Below, piece after piece: positions 54,818 to 64,000 of a stretch of 64,000 bases of DNA; the stretch's first letter is position 1, and every line of letters begins with the position of its first letter. The translations under genes were made by a program, and so were the position numbers. The notes below the pieces were generated by a model. It was not told the DNA's origin. It worked only from the letters and a program-made list of their open reading frames with translations, and searched no databases. Location: NCBI RefSeq assembly GCF_009914755.1, contig NC_060927.1; one strand, 5' to 3'. The DNA comes from the human T2T-CHM13v2.0 reference genome, Homo sapiens.

Positions 54818-55817
54818 TCACTACCCACTCCAGAAATTTTAGCAACTTGACATTGATAATACCCAGTATTAACAACAATGTGGAGAAATTGCTGGCAATG
54901 TAAAATGATGCAACAACTCTGAGAAACAGTTTGGTAACAACTTATAAAGAGGTAACATCCACTGATCATATGATCCAGTGATTTTACTCCTAGATAATTA
55001 TCTGAGAGAAATGAAAATACATGTTCACAAAAATATCTAGGACACAACTTTTCATAGAGGCTTCATTTCTAAGAATCAAAAATTGTAAGCAACTCTACTA
55101 TCCATCAAGAACAGAAGGGATTAACACACTGTGGTATATTCATACAATGAAATATTCCACACTAAGAAAAAGAATCTAACTCTGATTCATGCAACCATGT
55201 GGACAGATTTCAAAAATACTATTTTTTGCAAAAGAAGCAGGCACGATAGAGTATATACTGTAGGATTTCATTTATATGAAGCTTGAGAACAGGTAAAACT
55301 TATCTATGTGATGGAAATCAGAAGAGTGGTTGCTTCTGGATGGAGAAAGAATTAACAAAGGATCATGAGGAAACTTTCTGGGGTAATACAAATATATCTT
55401 GATTTTGGAGTGTAGATTACAGAGGTACACTTAAGATTTATCTATATTACTCTATGTAAATTATACCTCAATAATAAAAATCAGTGAAGAGAGAGCATGT
55501 TAAATTCAACTGTACTTGTAACTGAAGTAAATGTAAACGGATTAAACTTGCCCATTAAAAGGCAGAGACCTTTAGTCTTGATTTTACAAAACAGAAAATT
55601 TAGCGATACACTGTTTACAATAGAAATGTTTAATCTATAAGGACAAATAAAATTTCAACATAAAGTGATGTAAAATTAAATACCAGGCAAACATTAATCA
55701 AATACATTTAATGTACTTCTATTAATATCACACAAAATTGACTATAAGGTCACACTATGAGGACAAAAGAAACAATTGGCTGGCAAATTATAATAAATCT
55801 GTACACATATGCACTTA

Positions 55818-56156
<339 letters not shown>

Positions 56157-56470
56157 TTATAGTATGAATTTTAGCATACCTCTTTAAATGGCTGGGAGAT
56201 CAAGCAGATAAAAATTTTTAAGTATATAGTAGTCTTGAGCATCATTGTTGTAAAAAATTGTTCTAATGGAGACATATATATATATGGCATCTGCCCCCAA
56301 GATTATTTTCAAGCACACATTATATCAATATAGATAGAAAGGTAAATAGATAACGAAGCACAAAACAACGAATACCAAAGTGCTGATACCTACAGAACAC
56401 ATCGCCTGACTAGAACATAATTAGCTCAGATACCATTGAGAAAAATAAAAATACATTTATGTATTTTGAA

Positions 56471-56789
56471 TTTTTTTTTTTTTTTGAGATGGAGTTTCAC
56501 TCTGTTGCCAAGGCTGCAGTGCAGTGGTGCGATCTTGGCTCACTGAAACCTCTGCCTCCTGGTTCAAGCAGTTCTCCTGCCTTAGCCTCCCAAGTAGCTG
56601 GGATTACAGGTGCCTGCCATCACACCTGGCTAAATTTTGTGTTTTTTTTTTTGTTTTTTTTTTTTTTTTTAGCAGAGATGGGGTTTCACCATGTTGGCCA
56701 GGCTGGTCTCGAACTCCTGACCTTGGGTGATCCACCTGCCTTGGCCTCCCAAAGTGCTAGGATTACAGGCGTGAGCCACCGGGCAAGGC
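56471..56789 (-). mobile_element. AluS with expanded internal T-tract
   Basis: Antisense Alu; TSD tattttgaa. Confidence 0.9.
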
Positions 56790-56926
56790 TATTTTGAAAT
56801 TCAAAAAGAAAAGACTTTCAGAGAATTCATGACTTATATAAAATATTGTAATAATATAAATTAGAAAATGAAAAAATGTTTAAAAATTATACATATCCAT
56901 GTGGCATACATATAAATTAGGACTTA

Positions 56927-57939
56927 GTGGGTGGAGCCAAGATGGCCCAATAGGAACAGTTCCAGTCTACAGCTCCCAGCGTGAGCGACACAGAAGACGG
57001 GTGATTTCTGCATTTCCAACTGAGGACCGGGTTCATCTCAGTGGGGAGTGTCGGACAGTGGGTGCAGCACACCGAGCGTGAGCCAAAGCAGGGTGAGGCA
57101 TCGCCTCATCCGGGAAGCACAAGGGATCAGGGAAATCCCTTTCCTAGTCAAAGAAAGGGGTGACAGACGGCACCTGGAAAATCGGGTCACTCGCACCTTA
57201 ATACTGCGCTTTTCCAACAGTCTTAGCAAATGGCACACCAGGAGATTATATTCTGCGCCTGGCTCGGAGGGGCCTACACCCACGGAGCCTTGCTTATTGC
57301 TAGCGCAGCAGTCTGAGATCAAACTGCAAGGCGGCAGAGAGGCTGGGGGAGGGGTGCCCGCCATTGCCGAGGCTTCAGTAGGTAAACAAAGTGGCCGGGA
57401 AACTCGAACTGGGTGGAGCCCACTGCAGCTCAAGAAGGCCTGCCTGCCACTGTAGACTCCACCTCTGGGGGCAGGGCATAGCCAAACAAAAGGCAGCAGA
57501 AACCTCTGCACACTTAAATGTCCCTGTCTTATAGCTTTGAAGAAAGTAGTGGTTCTCCCAGCACGCAGCTGGAGATCTGAGAACGGACAGACTGCCTCCT
57601 CAAGTGGGTCCCTGACCCCCAAGTAGCCTAACTGGGAGACACCTCCAAGTAGGGGCCGACTGACAGCTCATACAGCTGGGTGCCCCTCTGAGACAAAACT
57701 TCCAGAGAAATGATCAGGCAGCAACATTTGCTGTTCACCAATATCCGCTGTTCTGCAGCCTCCGCTGCTGATATCCAGGCAAACAGGGTCTGGAGTGGAC
57801 TTCCAGCAAACTCCAACAGACCTGCAGCTGAGGGTCCTGACTGCTAGAAGGAAAACTAACAAACAGAAAGGACATCCACACCAAAACCACATCTGTATGT
57901 CACCATCAACAAAGACCAAAGGTAGATGAAACCACAAAG
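56927..57939 (+). promoter_or_regulatory. L1 5' UTR with internal sense promoter and antisense promoter; YY1 site at 56937-56947
   Basis: ccaagatggcc YY1 motif intact; many CpGs retained; established L1 5' UTR architecture. Confidence 0.75.
57038..57364 (-). CDS. L1 ORF0 homologue, intact (108 aa)
   Basis: MAGTPPPASLPPCSLISDCCASN...VTRFSR matches primate L1 ORF0; ATG in strong Kozak context (gcaATGG). Expression not shown. Confidence 0.55.
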   Translation of the reverse strand: MAGTPPPASLPPCSLISDCCASNKQGSVGVGPSEPGAEYNLLVCHLLRLLEKRSIKVRVTRFSRCRLSPLSLTRKGISLIPCASRMRRCLTLLWLTLGVLHPLSDTPH

Positions 57940-58953
57940 ATGGGTAAAAAACAGAGCAGAAAAACTGGAAACTCTAAAAATCAGAGCACCTCTCCTCCTC
58001 CAGAGGAACACAGCTCCTCACCAGCAACGGAACAAAGCTGGACGGAGAATGACTTTGATGAGTTGAGTGAAGAAGGCTTCAGACGATCAAACTACTCTGA
58101 GCTAAAGGAGGAAGTTCGAACCCATGGTAAAGAAGTTAAAAACCTTGAAAAAAAATTAGATGAATGGCTAACTAGAATAACCAATGCAGAGAACTCCTTA
58201 AAGGACCTGATGGAGCTGAAAACCACAGCAAGAGAACTATGTGATGAATGCACAAGTCTCAGTAGCCGATGTGATCAACTGTAAGAAAGGGTTTCAGTGA
58301 TGGAAGATCAAATGAATGAAATGAAACGAGAAGAGAAGTTTAGAGAAAAAAGAATACAAAGAAACAAACAAAGCCACCAAGAAATATGGGACTATGTGAA
58401 AAGACCAAATCTACGTCTAATCGGTGTACCTGAAAGTGACGAGGAGAATGGAACCAAGTTGGAAAACACTCTGCAGGATATTATCCAGGAGAACTTCCCC
58501 AATCTAGCAAGGCAGGCCAACATTCACATTCAGGAAATACAGAGAATGCCACAAAGATACTCCTCGAGAAGAGCAACTCCAAGACACATAATTGTCACAT
58601 TCACCAAAGTTGAAATGAAGGAAAAAATATTAAGGGCAGCCAGAGAGAAAGGTCGGGTTACCCACAAAGGGAAGCCCATCAGACTAACAGCTGATCTCTT
58701 GGCAGAAACTCTACAAGAGAGAAGAGAGTGGGGGCCAATATTCAACATTCTTAAAGAAAAGAATTTTCAACCAGAATTTCATATCCCCAAACTAAGCTTC
58801 AGAAGTGAAGGAGAAATAAAATACTTTACAGACAAGCAAATGTTGAGAGATTCTGTCATCACCAGGCCTGCCCTAAAAGGGCTCGTGAAGGAAGCACTAA
58901 ACATGGAAAGGAACAACCGGTACCAGCCACTGCAAAAACATGCCAAAGTGTAA
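57940..58953 (+). pseudogene. L1 ORF1p (RNA-binding protein), disrupted
   Basis: MGKKQSRKTGNSKNQ...RNNRYQPLQKHAK; premature TAA at 58282-58284 and a short compensated frameshift near 58770-58790. Confidence 0.95.
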
Positions 58954-59016
58954 AGACCATGGAGGCTAGGAAGAAACTGCATCAACTAATGAGCAAAATA
59001 ATCAGCTAACATCATA

Positions 59017-62799
<3,783 letters not shown>

Positions 62800-63019
62800 A
62801 CAATGAAAGCACATGGACACAGGAAGGGGGACATCACACACCGGGGCCTGTTGTGGGGTGCGGGAAAGGGGAAGGATAGCATTAGGAGATATACCTAATG
62901 TTAAATGACGAGTTAATGGGTTCAGCACACCAACATGGCACATGTATACATATGTAACAAACCTGCACATTGTGCACATGTACCCTAAAACTTAAAGTAT
63001 AATAATAATTTAAAAAAGA

Positions 63020-64000
63020 ACCCTATATAGAGACATGAGAACTTGCAATAATTTCAGATGTAGAATTTCAAATATTATGGAAAAGATGAACCATTCATTA
63101 ATGGGTGCTGGAATCACTGGCTATCCATAGAAGGAAGGATAAAATAAGGTCTTTATTATATCGGAGTAGGGAGAGCTTTTGAAAATATAATACAAAAAGT
63201 ATAGGCCATTAAGAAAAATATAATGAAGTACATTAAAACGTATAACTTCAGGATCGAGCCATCATAAACAAAATAAAATGAAATCCACAATCTAGCAAAG
63301 GATATTTGTAGTTCATGAGACAACGAAGTCTGAATATCCAGAATATATAAAGAGTTCATTTAAACAATAATCTTAGAGAAAAATAAACAATGAAAATTAG
63401 CAGGCACATCACAGAAGAAAGTACCTGAATGACCAAAAAATGTGAGAATCTGCTTTCATCTTCATTAATAACAAGAAAATGCAAATTAAAACTGCATCAT
63501 GGCCGAGCATGGTGGTTCATAGCTATAGTCCCAGCACTTGGGAGGCTGAGGCAGGAGGATCACTTGAGGCCAGGAGTTCAAGACCAGCCTGGGCAACATG
63601 GCAAGACCCCATCTCTACAAAAAATTTTTTTTTATTAACTCAGCATAGTGGTACACATCTGTAGTCCCCACTACTGGGGAGGTTGATGGAGGAGGATTGC
63701 TTGAGCCCAGGAGTTTGTGGTTACACTGAGCTATGACCATGCCACTGCACTCCAGCCTGGGCAACAGAGCAAGACCTTGTCTCTAAAAGACAAAGAAACA
63801 AACAAAAGCACTGCATTATACCATTTCTAATTATTTAAATGCTTCGAAATCTGAAAACACCAGATGTGGAGAAGGACACAGGGAACTGGGAACACCTACA
63901 TACTATTATACAAGACAAACATTTTGTAAAGGAATTTGGCAACATACACTAAGTGTAAATATGAAGATGGCCTATGACCAGTCTTTCTACTTTTAGGTAT
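63020..64000 (+). mobile_element. Old L1M ORF2 3' fragment
   Basis: atgggtgctggaatcactggctatccatag...tatccagaatatataaagag...aatgcaaattaaaac. Confidence 0.7.
63501..63808 (+). mobile_element. AluJ
   Basis: ggatcacttgaggccaggagttcaagaccagcctgggcaac...gagctatgacc; decayed TSD actgcatcat/actgcattat. Confidence 0.9.

Overview
Primate genomic DNA, very likely human or great ape: it contains AluY/AluYe, L1PA, THE1B and MER41 insertions. The window is intergenic or deep-intronic, and I could not identify the locus or any recognisable host protein-coding exon. Positions 1-46 kb are unique sequence peppered with ancient MIR, L2, MLT and hAT/Tigger fossils plus a few primate LTRs and Alus. Several short CpG-retaining, homeobox-motif-rich stretches there look like candidate enhancers, and several minus-strand exon-like segments have good splice sites. 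Positions 46.4-64 kb are almost entirely LINE-1-derived and include one full-length but dead L1PA4-like element (56927-63017). The only ORFs with recognisable products are its ORF1/ORF2 fragments and an intact antisense ORF0. Most notable observations: (i) a five-layer nested insertion (MIR > L1MB > THE1B > Alu > L1PA) with a target-site duplication (TSD) readable for each inserted layer; (ii) an intact ORF0 whose splice donor is phase-compatible with two downstream minus-strand exon candidates, suggesting a hypothetical L1-antisense-promoter chimeric transcript; (iii) the full-length L1 lacks a TSD and its older L1 host appears to be missing about 1.8 kb at the insertion point. Repeat subfamily calls come from recalled consensus sequences and need RepeatMasker/Dfam confirmation. 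I see no firm evidence of a wholly new biological system.
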